Shown: positions 39,354-47,662 of the stretch, piece after piece
Position numbering within the stretch: the stretch's first letter is position 1
How the letters are laid out: each line of letters starts with the position of its first letter
From: a virus
Taxonomy: Duplodnaviria > Caudoviricetes
DNA: 64,000 nucleotides
IMG/VR virus record: IMGVR_UViG_3300021164_001199
Span: 30,063 to 94,062 of that record
Reading direction: 5' to 3' (one strand)
Notes under the pieces: model-generated
What the model saw: the letters and a program-made list of their open reading frames with translations, nothing else
Database searches by the model: none
Told to the model about the DNA's origin: nothing
Program-made: the position numbers and the translations under genes

Positions 39354-40049
39354 CTATAATTCAAAATCATTACCAACTGAATTGCTTACAGGAAGTAATC
39401 CTTCAAAGCCATCAACTGGTGCTGATGTGTTTGACTTATTTAGTCTCTTAATATGGACATCTGTATCAAACTTGATAAGAGTGCCTTGATTTGCAGTATC
39501 AACTGCATTTAGTGCTTCCATAGGTTTAGATACTTTGTCAAATTTTGGAAAGAATAAGTCATAGTTAATATAACTATTTTTTTCATATTCTTTGCCACAA
39601 ACTACAGCTTTAAAATATATATTTTTGAATGGCTTAGAGTTATCAAGATGATTAACAAAGTCTTCAATTGTATTGAACTTGTTATCTTGAGCTTCAAACC
39701 ATTCATAAAATCCTAGTTCAGTTGCAACATTCTTTACAAATTGTAGAATAGTCCTATCTCTTTCTATTTTAATTCCTGATTTGGTTGTACCATCAGAAAA
39801 TGGAAATGAGCCTGCTTTAATTCTACCAATTTGACCTAGATATTTACCTTTTGATGTATCATCTTTATCAATAAAGAAACCATCTAACCCCTCTACAGGG
39901 TCTGTTTCACAATGAAGAGTTAAGTGATATGCATCTTCTTTATAAGACACTTTATCTAAAGTGATTGCATTAATTTTTAATACCTTGTCTCCAGGTAAAA
40001 TACTTTTAGACATTCCTGATCCCGATGGGATGTTTTTTGTACTTAGCAT
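39354..40049 (-). CDS. Putative ssDNA-binding protein
   Basis: Lies between the AAA_24 ATPase and the primase. Beta-rich, with a flexible tail ending DFEL. Function is inferred. Confidence 0.45.
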   Translation of the reverse strand: MLSTKNIPSGSGMSKSILPGDKVLKINAITLDKVSYKEDAYHLTLHCETDPVEGLDGFFIDKDDTSKGKYLGQIGRIKAGSFPFSDGTTKSGIKIERDRTILQFVKNVATELGFYEWFEAQDNKFNTIEDFVNHLDNSKPFKNIYFKAVVCGKEYEKNSYINYDLFFPKFDKVSKPMEALNAVDTANQGTLIKFDTDVHIKRLNKSNTSAPVDGFEGLLPVSNSVGNDFEL

Positions 40050-40059
40050 AGTTATTATA

Positions 40060-40746
40060 TTAGTTGTTTTCGTAATTTAAAATTGTTGTTCTTACATACT
40101 CTAGATCATTTGGTATTTCAAATGTATCAAACATTCCTTTAGGTGACTTACATGTATTCTCACCATTAGTTTGGGTCTCATACACATACCTAATACCTTT
40201 ATCTTTATCTTTTCTTGCTTTAGCAAATAAAACAACAGAGAATAAACCTTCTAGAGTTACGGTGTTATCAATCATTTTACCAATGGTCTTTGCTTTAATT
40301 CTTCTATTACCATCAATATCTACAGATTCTTCTGAGTGATTAAGGATAAAGATAACTAAATCATCTCTTAACTCATTTTGAATTCTTGCTACTTTGGTTA
40401 AATTGACAGCCATTTTAGTGAACTTGTCAAAACCTTTCTCCATTGCTTTATCCATATAGTCAAAAGCACTCATATACTGAAAATCATCTATTACAATAGT
40501 TTTGATTTCAGGTCTTGACCTAGATACATATTGCAGACAAGATATGATATTATCAGATTCTGGTCTTACATACATGTTTCCTGCTGGGTCAGATTTACTC
40601 CAAGAGATATACTTATTCTTCCAGCCTTTAAAAGGGAGAGGTTTGTTTGCAACATTTATCAAAAATGTAGATGCTGGATCTAAATTTTCAATACCTGTTG
40701 ATTTACCAGAACCTGAGTCCCCTACAATTAATACACTTGATGCCAT
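40060..40746 (-). CDS. AAA_24 / Sak4-like P-loop ATPase (recombination)
   Basis: GDSGSGKST, IVIDDFQY, KTIGKM, CKSPKGMF. Confidence 0.82.
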   Translation of the reverse strand: MASSVLIVGDSGSGKSTGIENLDPASTFLINVANKPLPFKGWKNKYISWSKSDPAGNMYVRPESDNIISCLQYVSRSRPEIKTIVIDDFQYMSAFDYMDKAMEKGFDKFTKMAVNLTKVARIQNELRDDLVIFILNHSEESVDIDGNRRIKAKTIGKMIDNTVTLEGLFSVVLFAKARKDKDKGIRYVYETQTNGENTCKSPKGMFDTFEIPNDLEYVRTTILNYENN

Positions 40747-41288
40747 TAGTTAGAAATTAATTTATTTAAAAAAGGTTTGTCACTACAAGGTTTATTTAAT
40801 AGGATAGCAGCTAAGTCTTTGATTGTTAACTCACTTATAGGAGCATCACCATCTATTGATACTGAAGCTTTTGGAGTAAGTTCAAATTCATTAGTAACAA
40901 TCCTATCTTTCAAATCAACTATATATAGTTCAGATACTGGTACCATTGCCCATGTATAATTACCATTGTCAATTTGTTCATATTCAGTTTCCCAAAACTG
41001 ATTATACTTCCATAAGTATAACTTTCTTTCTGGGTCTTCTGGTTGTAAATTCTTATCTACAAATTCTGTAAAGAAGTCTACACCTCTTTTCATTTCAGAA
41101 GGAAAAAATCCTATACATAACTCTTCTTTCCCTTTAGGAATATAAGCCATCTTAGGTATAAAATCTGCATCTGGTCTACCATAAGCATCTAATGTTGCTT
41201 GATGATACTTTCTCAGTTCTTGTACTTTAGCATATCTACTCTCTACTTGAGTAGGCTCTGCTTTCTTGTCATTTGTTTTTAGCTTCAT
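40746..41288 (-). CDS. Hypothetical protein
   Basis: 180-aa ORF overlapping both neighbours. Confidence 0.65.
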   Translation of the reverse strand: MKLKTNDKKAEPTQVESRYAKVQELRKYHQATLDAYGRPDADFIPKMAYIPKGKEELCIGFFPSEMKRGVDFFTEFVDKNLQPEDPERKLYLWKYNQFWETEYEQIDNGNYTWAMVPVSELYIVDLKDRIVTNEFELTPKASVSIDGDAPISELTIKDLAAILLNKPCSDKPFLNKLISN

Positions 41289-42241
41289 AATTTAATTTTT
41301 GCTTGAGCTGGTGTTTCACTTTCAATTATTCTCATTCTATTGAACTCAGCTTTGAAGAAACTCATACGAGTATCACCATTTCTACACTTAAGAAAGTGCA
41401 TAGCTAAGACAGTTTCATCATTAATAATAAATCTATCTGGTCCATAAAATTTGATTTTTTGCTTTGCTGGTCTATTGATACCAATAACTGTATCTGCATG
41501 CTGTAGTAATGCATCACCACCAAAAATATCAGATTCTAGTATATAATTAGAATACTTACCATCTTCATTTCTTTCTGGGTTATCTACATTTCTATTAAGC
41601 TGGCTTAGTACAATAAACAAAATAGGATACTTCCTTTTTAGTTCTGTAAGTACTTCACCAAGATCAGATAGGGCATCAGTTCTTTGTTGTCCACTTTTTT
41701 TTCTTAGTAAGATTGAGTGATCTAAAGTAATAATAGTTTTAACAAACTTACCTAATACTTTTTTCTCAAACATATACCTTTCAATAATCTCTTTGAATTC
41801 ATCAGCTGTGATAGATTCTTCAACAATATCAATTGGTAATCCTACTTTCTTCTTTGCATACTCATAACATCTTTGTAAATCATCTTCTGATAATACACCA
41901 TCTGCACTACATAAGTATTTATAAGACTTACCTAGTATAGCTGAGTATTCCCTAACTGCAGAAGTTCTTGCAAGCATCTCTAACTGAAACTCAAGTACAT
42001 TAAAATCTTCTTTTGGATTGAGTACAAAAGCTTCTCTTATGATTTGATCTTTAATTAGAGTTTTACCAGAACCTGGTCTGCCACCAATAACAGTAAGAGT
42101 ATTCCACTCTAAACCATCAGTAGTAGCATCATTGAACTTTGACCAAGGGGTTTTTATAGAGGTAATTAAACCTGCTTTCCTATCCCTCAAATAGTCTAAG
42201 GATTCTTTCAAACCCTCCTTCTGTGTTTTCCATGTAACCAT
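41285..42241 (-). CDS. DnaB-like replicative helicase (SF4, C-terminal domain only)
   Basis: GGRPGSGKT, FQLEM, LDH, LSQLNR, HADTV, KCRNG. Confidence 0.9.
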   Translation of the reverse strand: MVTWKTQKEGLKESLDYLRDRKAGLITSIKTPWSKFNDATTDGLEWNTLTVIGGRPGSGKTLIKDQIIREAFVLNPKEDFNVLEFQLEMLARTSAVREYSAILGKSYKYLCSADGVLSEDDLQRCYEYAKKKVGLPIDIVEESITADEFKEIIERYMFEKKVLGKFVKTIITLDHSILLRKKSGQQRTDALSDLGEVLTELKRKYPILFIVLSQLNRNVDNPERNEDGKYSNYILESDIFGGDALLQHADTVIGINRPAKQKIKFYGPDRFIINDETVLAMHFLKCRNGDTRMSFFKAEFNRMRIIESETPAQAKIKL

Positions 42242-42250
42242 AAATATAAA

Positions 42251-42808
42251 TTATACCACCTTATCTGAAAAGTGATTGGGTTGTTGAACTAAAGTACCAT
42301 CTTCATACATATTACAATAATTTGCTAATTCTGATTCTTTAGTTCTATCAATTTTGGTTTTACATATAAAATACTGAGAAGTCATCATATACATATAATT
42401 CCTTGATTCAAAATCCTGGACATAAAAACTAGTTGCTTTAAGAATAGTATTCCATGAATAGTCATAGTTCTTGAAAAACCAATCAAAACATGTTTTAATA
42501 TTAACCTTATGAGATCTAGCATATTTACCACTAGGTAATTTGAGCTTTGGAAATAAACTTATATACGCATCAATATTATCTACAGTGTCTACTTTGTCTT
42601 CAGTCTTTGTTAGTAAGTGCTTTATTTTATCTAGTTTATCTGTTATTTTAAAACCTTTGTCTAAGTAATCTTTGTTTTGTAATTTTCTTAATTCTAAATG
42701 TGCATTTACAATCTTAGGTTTTTCTTGTTTAATTAAACATTGTAAAACATAAAATTCATTAGGAGACAAATGCATCTGAAATATCTCCTCCAAGAATGTT
42801 TCTTCCAT
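42251..42808 (-). CDS. Hypothetical replication-associated protein (possible initiator or loader)
   Basis: Directly upstream of the helicase; inferred from position only. Confidence 0.5.
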   Translation of the reverse strand: MEETFLEEIFQMHLSPNEFYVLQCLIKQEKPKIVNAHLELRKLQNKDYLDKGFKITDKLDKIKHLLTKTEDKVDTVDNIDAYISLFPKLKLPSGKYARSHKVNIKTCFDWFFKNYDYSWNTILKATSFYVQDFESRNYMYMMTSQYFICKTKIDRTKESELANYCNMYEDGTLVQQPNHFSDKVV

Positions 42809-43187
42809 AGTATTTTAATATTTCATCATTAATCTTTTTACAATAAGCAAGAGTATTTTTATCTCCAACCTGAAGATATCCATCTATTTTATGTCTTGCT
42901 AAAGTAACACTTGTTCTATTTTGTTTTAGAACTCTTGCAACATCTGCATCAGTATATCCAATGGAATTTGCAAATTTACAAAATATTTGTCTTTTAAACA
43001 CAATTTCAGACTTTCTATTTTCAAACATAAAGTCATGACTATCAAACACTTTGGTGCAAATACCTCGTAATGAGTTCAATGAAATTTCAGACTGATTTGT
43101 GATTATAAATTCTGCGTGATAATATTGATCATTATTTAAGGAGTCCAAAAAGCTCCTAATTTTGGCTTCAAATTCTACTCTAGTCAT
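42759..43187 (-). CDS. DnaA C-terminal (domain IV)-like HTH protein
   Basis: NRKSEIVFKRQIF...YTDADVARVLKQNRTSVTLARHKI resembles DnaA R.R.I...RQ...IG..F.RDHSTV.HA..KI. Confidence 0.6.
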   Translation of the reverse strand: MTRVEFEAKIRSFLDSLNNDQYYHAEFIITNQSEISLNSLRGICTKVFDSHDFMFENRKSEIVFKRQIFCKFANSIGYTDADVARVLKQNRTSVTLARHKIDGYLQVGDKNTLAYCKKINDEILKYYGRNILGGDISDAFVS

Positions 43188-43203
43188 ATATATTTTAGTT
43201 TAA

Positions 43204-43221
43204 TTTTTTGTATATTGTATA
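43204..43221 (+). promoter_or_regulatory. Putative phage late-promoter motif TTTTTTGTATATTGTATA
   Basis: Divergent intergenic gap before the membrane cassette; resembles 1092-1108. Confidence 0.45.
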
Positions 43222-43240
43222 GATACCTTATCTATAATCT

Positions 43241-43507
43241 TTGTTTTCAATGCCTGATAATGATACTACAAAAAGTAATGATAGTATTGCAAACGTTAAA
43301 GCCTGGCTTGCTCCTATATTAATGAGCATACTTGGTATTATGATTTGGCAAGACCTTATTGAAATGAAAGGTGATTTAAAAGAGTTAATAAAAAGAGATA
43401 GTGCTACTCAGATAAGAATATTTGAATTAGAGAAAGATATAGAATTAATACAAAAACAATTATACATAGGTAATTCAAGAGAAGTAATGCCAAAGAAAAA
43501 TGACTAA
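43241..43507 (+). CDS. Single-TM coiled-coil membrane protein (holin-like; probable start ATG 43250)
   Basis: TM WLAPILMSILGIMIW followed by coiled coil. Confidence 0.5.
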   Translation: MFSMPDNDTTKSNDSIANVKAWLAPILMSILGIMIWQDLIEMKGDLKELIKRDSATQIRIFELEKDIELIQKQLYIGNSREVMPKKND

Positions 43508-43718
43508 AAGACTATATTGTAACATTTTTAAAAGTATTAAGACTACTATTATTGGTTTACTAATAATCTGTATATCTATATATAGCCTTTTCATTAAAGA
43601 TTCATTATCTTGGTCTGATATTATAGTACCTATATTAATTGGTATTGTATTAATATTATCACCAGATTCAATTGTCCAAATAATCAAACAATATCTAAAG
43701 AAAGATGAAATTAAGTGA
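43500..43718 (+). CDS. Putative holin (2 TM)
   Basis: 72 aa, two hydrophobic helices, charged C-terminus. Confidence 0.55.
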   Translation: MTKRLYCNIFKSIKTTIIGLLIICISIYSLFIKDSLSWSDIIVPILIGIVLILSPDSIVQIIKQYLKKDEIK

Positions 43719-44022
43719 AAGTACTCAATTAAAAATTAGTTTATTAGTAAACGTTATTAGTTTGTTTTTAGTTATTCTTATATCTATTAAAAAACCTGAT
43801 GAAAAAGTACGTTTAGTTATTGATCCTAATCTTGAGAAAAAAATTGAAATAATTGAAGATGTAAATAAACAACTTAACAACGAAATTGATAAATTATATA
43901 ATAAATTAGATACCTTAGAACATGCTAAACCTAAAATTGAATACATCTATCGCGAAAAAATTAAATTTATTAGTTCTGCTAATTCTATGCAGTTGGACTC
44001 TATCATTCGCTCAAACTGGTAA
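43705..44022 (+). CDS. Putative i-spanin-like protein
   Basis: N-terminal TM plus coiled coil; overlaps the next ORF by about 100 nt. Confidence 0.5.
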   Translation: MKLSESTQLKISLLVNVISLFLVILISIKKPDEKVRLVIDPNLEKKIEIIEDVNKQLNNEIDKLYNKLDTLEHAKPKIEYIYREKIKFISSANSMQLDSIIRSNW

Positions 44023-44350
44023 GGATACAGTACAATGCTATAATGTTAAAGAGTTAAGAAAAATATCTGTAGCATTAGTTAAGGGTAGTGAGTGTAAAGA
44101 ACAATTAAACATTTGCAAAAATGAGGTTGAGATATTAAAAGATATTACTGTTAAACAAAAGACTCAACTAATCAATAAAGATACAATAATTTCAATGCAA
44201 GAATATGTTATTGTCTCATTACAACATGAAAATATTGAACTTAAAGAAGAAGTAAAAATGGAAACTAAAAAAGTAAGAAGAGTAAAAACTAAGTTTGGTA
44301 TTCTTTCTGCTTTACTTTTAATTTCTACAGGATACTTCATATTTAACTAA
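43922..44350 (+). CDS. Putative spanin-like protein (signal peptide, coiled coil, C-terminal TM)
   Basis: KKLNLLVLLILCSWTLSFA-Q signal, two further Cys, C-terminal FGILSALLLISTGYFIF. Confidence 0.5.
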   Translation: MLNLKLNTSIAKKLNLLVLLILCSWTLSFAQTGKDTVQCYNVKELRKISVALVKGSECKEQLNICKNEVEILKDITVKQKTQLINKDTIISMQEYVIVSLQHENIELKEEVKMETKKVRRVKTKFGILSALLLISTGYFIFN

Positions 44351-45061
44351 CTACCATATAATTGCTTGTTTACCTTTACGTACTAGACAAGTATTTATCT
44401 TATTAAATACATCACTACTATCCCACTTCTCTAGTTTATTATGTGCAGCACTAGCAGGATGTGTTATCAAAAATTTATGATTTGTTTCTGGTATACTTAC
44501 AGACCATTCTTGTGCTTTTTTTCCTAAGAATGCATATATAAGTTCAGGTTTATCATATTGGAGTATGTCTAATAAGAATGACATAAATGGCTCCCATAGT
44601 TTATAATGAGAACCAACTTTATTTACAGTTGTAGTAAATGCTGTATTAATTAGTAATACACCCTGGTTACTCCAATTTTTCAAATCTGTTACTTTATTAT
44701 ATACTTCATTAGGATATACAGTATCTTGAATTTCATTATGAATAAACCTTAGTGAAGGTTGTACATAATTATCAATAGAACATGAAAATGCTATACCATC
44801 AGCTACATTAGGTGTTGGATAGGGATCTTGACCAAGTATAATTACACTAGTTTTATCATAAGGACATTCTTCAAATGCTCTAAATAAATATTTAACTATT
44901 GGTGTAAACTTCTTGCCATCTTGGGATTGTCTAAGTAATTCTTGAAGTATTTTATCAAAGTCATTACTTAATATGAATGTTTTTAGTACATCTGCCCAAC
45001 CAGATGTTTTTAATTTATGATAAAGTTTTATCTTTACCTCTTCTAAATCAATTGTTGTCAT
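44351..45061 (-). CDS. ung: Uracil-DNA glycosylase, family 1
   Basis: ILGQDPYP, GIAFS, PSL, QGVLLIN, HPAS. The track extends the ORF to 45103, but ATG at 45061 is the likelier start. Confidence 0.92.
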   Translation of the reverse strand: MTTIDLEEVKIKLYHKLKTSGWADVLKTFILSNDFDKILQELLRQSQDGKKFTPIVKYLFRAFEECPYDKTSVIILGQDPYPTPNVADGIAFSCSIDNYVQPSLRFIHNEIQDTVYPNEVYNKVTDLKNWSNQGVLLINTAFTTTVNKVGSHYKLWEPFMSFLLDILQYDKPELIYAFLGKKAQEWSVSIPETNHKFLITHPASAAHNKLEKWDSSDVFNKINTCLVRKGKQAIIW

Positions 45062-45377
45062 GGATAATAAAGTTAAAGCAATTAAAAGCACTGCTAATTT
45101 CAACGTTCCTTTTACAGGAGTATTATATTCTAGAATAGTAGATCTTATGATCTATGTAACTTCTTTAGAAACTAAAGAAGACTTAGATAAAGCACTAAAA
45201 AGAATTATGGGTAATGACCCTACATTAAATCCTGATGAACATGCTTATCATTTACAAACACTTATGGTTTTTCTAAAAGTTATAGAAAAAAGTGCAACAT
45301 CTCAAAGTGTTATTGAAGAAATGACAGAAGAGGAGTTACAAAAACAAAGACAAGAAAGAAATGCTCCTAACTTATAG
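45060..45377 (+). CDS. Hypothetical protein (isolated plus-strand gene)
   Basis: 105-aa ORF filling the gap between two minus-strand genes, with phage-like codon usage. Confidence 0.65.
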   Translation: MDNKVKAIKSTANFNVPFTGVLYSRIVDLMIYVTSLETKEDLDKALKRIMGNDPTLNPDEHAYHLQTLMVFLKVIEKSATSQSVIEEMTEEELQKQRQERNAPNL

Positions 45378-45756
45378 GATTATTAATCTTGTTTGAAAAT
45401 TCTATACACATCTGTATAGCAAATCCTAATTCATCTTTAGAGCAATCAGCAAATGATTTTACTCTGGATATCTTCTTACCTTCAATAACTCTCTCAGTTA
45501 CAAAACCTGAGAGGTGTTTAATATACATTTTCATGTCCTCAAAGTCATAGCCAAGGTGTAAAGCAAGTTCTCTGATTGAAGCATGTAACTTAGCAAGTTG
45601 ACCCATAGAGCCATCTTGAGAAGATATTTCAAACATAGCACATATTTTACTACCTTCTGGTACTTGTTTTACCATTAAGTTATATTGATTTTCATCAGTA
45701 ACATTAAAGTAAGACACTTTACCATCTTTCTTAACTAAACGTACTTCTACAAACAT
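45367..45756 (-). CDS. Hypothetical protein, weakly NinB-like
   Basis: S..Q..KLHA.IRELA...GY...MK...KSFADCSKDEL pattern. Confidence 0.5.
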   Translation of the reverse strand: MFVEVRLVKKDGKVSYFNVTDENQYNLMVKQVPEGSKICAMFEISSQDGSMGQLAKLHASIRELALHLGYDFEDMKMYIKHLSGFVTERVIEGKKISRVKSFADCSKDELGFAIQMCIEFSNKINNPIS

Positions 45757-45758
45757 AT

Positions 45759-45899
45759 TTATTTTTTTGTAATTACAAAACCGTAATTAAACCAAGCAAG
45801 GAATATCTCATAGTTTCCAGTAAGATCTTTTTTATATGTTATACCAATACATGGTAGTATATAAAATTGCGAATCAATTTTGAATGTTTCAAATTTCAT
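45759..45899 (-). CDS. Small hypothetical protein (46 aa); not in the ORF track
   Basis: MKFETFKIDSQFYILPCIGITY...; fills the gap almost exactly. Confidence 0.55.
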   Translation of the reverse strand: MKFETFKIDSQFYILPCIGITYKKDLTGNYEIFLAWFNYGFVITKK

Positions 45900-45909
45900 A
45901 AGTTAATTT

Positions 45910-46536
45910 TTAAGATTCTTTAATTTCTTTTATATCATAATAAAATGAATTACTATCTTCTGTAATCCATCTATCTGATTGATTTTCAACAGAAATAAGT
46001 TCTGTATCTACCTTAAATTGTTTTAAGTTATCTGAAGGTTGTTTAGTTATCCAGTTACTATCTTTCCAGAAAAGTCTATTGTTAGGTTGACATAATAGAT
46101 ATCCTTCATCTGATTCAAATATGTGACCACATTTATAATCTGAAGGCTCATCACTATATGAGTTACTATACCAATCTACTGTAAACATATAATTTGCCCA
46201 TATTTTGGTACCATCTCTCAATACAACTTGTGCTCTATGAAATGCTAGAAAATCATATTCAATTACAGAAACATTTTCTGAAAAACAATCCCAGAGTTGT
46301 TTATAATTGAAAGGTATATCGTTAGTAGGTTTTTTTGTATAAATCTCAGATATAGGAACTCTGCTTCTTAGCATACCATCATCTGTCATTACATGAAATG
46401 TTAATATTTGGCCAGCACAAGACTGAATACCAAAAACATATACATTATAGAATTCATCATTATCTTCTTCATTTTTAGTGAAATAAGATTTTCTTACCAA
46501 TCCTTTAAAGGATGGTATATTAGAATTTAGTTTCAT
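45910..46536 (-). CDS. Hypothetical phage protein (LNSNIP...QLWDCFS...QPNNR)
   Basis: 208-aa ORF with an enzyme-like aromatic/His/Cys pattern; function unknown. Confidence 0.65.
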   Translation of the reverse strand: MKLNSNIPSFKGLVRKSYFTKNEEDNDEFYNVYVFGIQSCAGQILTFHVMTDDGMLRSRVPISEIYTKKPTNDIPFNYKQLWDCFSENVSVIEYDFLAFHRAQVVLRDGTKIWANYMFTVDWYSNSYSDEPSDYKCGHIFESDEGYLLCQPNNRLFWKDSNWITKQPSDNLKQFKVDTELISVENQSDRWITEDSNSFYYDIKEIKES

Positions 46537-46539
46537 AAT

Positions 46540-47658
46540 TTAATTATTTAAAGGTGCTTTAATGATTGAATGTGATTTATAATTAAGTAATTGAAAGTCA
46601 TCAATATTAAAACTACTTATTAGTCCATCAACAGTTTGATATTCTTTATTCCAGAATTCAGTACTAATTACCAAATTTGGTAACTCTAAAGGTTCTCTAA
46701 CTCTTTTAGGTGTATATTCATAATACTCATTATCAAAATCAGGAATAGAATCTAAATTATACCCCATACCTGTTTGGGAATTATTATTAAACCAAGTATG
46801 ATATCTTTCTTTATAAGTTAGATCTCTACCTATTTGTTCTTTAGCTTGTTCAACATGATTAAGATATAAATGTACATCACCTAGATTACCAATTAATTCA
46901 TCTGGAACCATATTAACTATCTCAGCAATAATTTCTAATAGTAATCCATAAGAAGCAATGTTGAATGGTAACCCTAAGAATGTATCTACTGATCTTTGAT
47001 TCCATATTAAAGAGATTGCTCTACTAGGTACAGGATATAATTTATCAATCTCTTCGTGAGTTACCTCAAAAAAATCTGTAGGGTCAAATACTGAGTATTT
47101 TTTAGATGCTAAATCTAATCTTTCAGAAATAGTCAACTCTCTTGTATAAACTTGAAATCCATAATGACAAGGAGGAAGTACCATTTGGTCTAATTCACCT
47201 ACATTCCAAGCATTAACCATTAATCGTCTTGAGTCTGGGTTTGTTTTGAGTTCGTTGATTAGGTTTGCAATTTGGTCTATTGAATATTCGTTATAAACTC
47301 CATTTACTTTTGTATTACTCTCATAACCAGTCCAACTTCTCCATTGTCTACCGTAGATTGGACCTAAATCACCATCTGTTCTACCAGATTTATTATAATC
47401 ACCATCCCAAATATGACAATCATTATCTTGTAAAAACTTAATATTAGTATCACCTCTAAGAAACCAAAGTAACTCAGTCACAATACCTTTGAAGTACATC
47501 TTTTTTGTAGTAAGTAATGGAAAACCTTCAGACATTTTGTGTCTAATAGTTCTACCAAATACTGATAAGGTACCTGTACCTGTTCTATCTTGTTTTTCTA
47601 CTCCGTTGTCTAAAACATCTTGAAGTAGATCTGTGTATTGTAAATCTATATTATTCAT
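46540..47658 (-). CDS. thyA: Thymidylate synthase
   Basis: DRTGTGT, FPLLTTKK, ELLWFLRG, GPIYG.QWR, LPPCH, QRSVD.FLGLPFNIASY, GDVHLY.NH. Confidence 0.96.
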   Translation of the reverse strand: MNNIDLQYTDLLQDVLDNGVEKQDRTGTGTLSVFGRTIRHKMSEGFPLLTTKKMYFKGIVTELLWFLRGDTNIKFLQDNDCHIWDGDYNKSGRTDGDLGPIYGRQWRSWTGYESNTKVNGVYNEYSIDQIANLINELKTNPDSRRLMVNAWNVGELDQMVLPPCHYGFQVYTRELTISERLDLASKKYSVFDPTDFFEVTHEEIDKLYPVPSRAISLIWNQRSVDTFLGLPFNIASYGLLLEIIAEIVNMVPDELIGNLGDVHLYLNHVEQAKEQIGRDLTYKERYHTWFNNNSQTGMGYNLDSIPDFDNEYYEYTPKRVREPLELPNLVISTEFWNKEYQTVDGLISSFNIDDFQLLNYKSHSIIKAPLNN

Positions 47659-47662
47659 TTGG

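Noticed and set aside
46640-47130. Extra segments within thyA
   Set aside because: Short in-frame variable loops with no splicing features; all catalytic motifs are intact.
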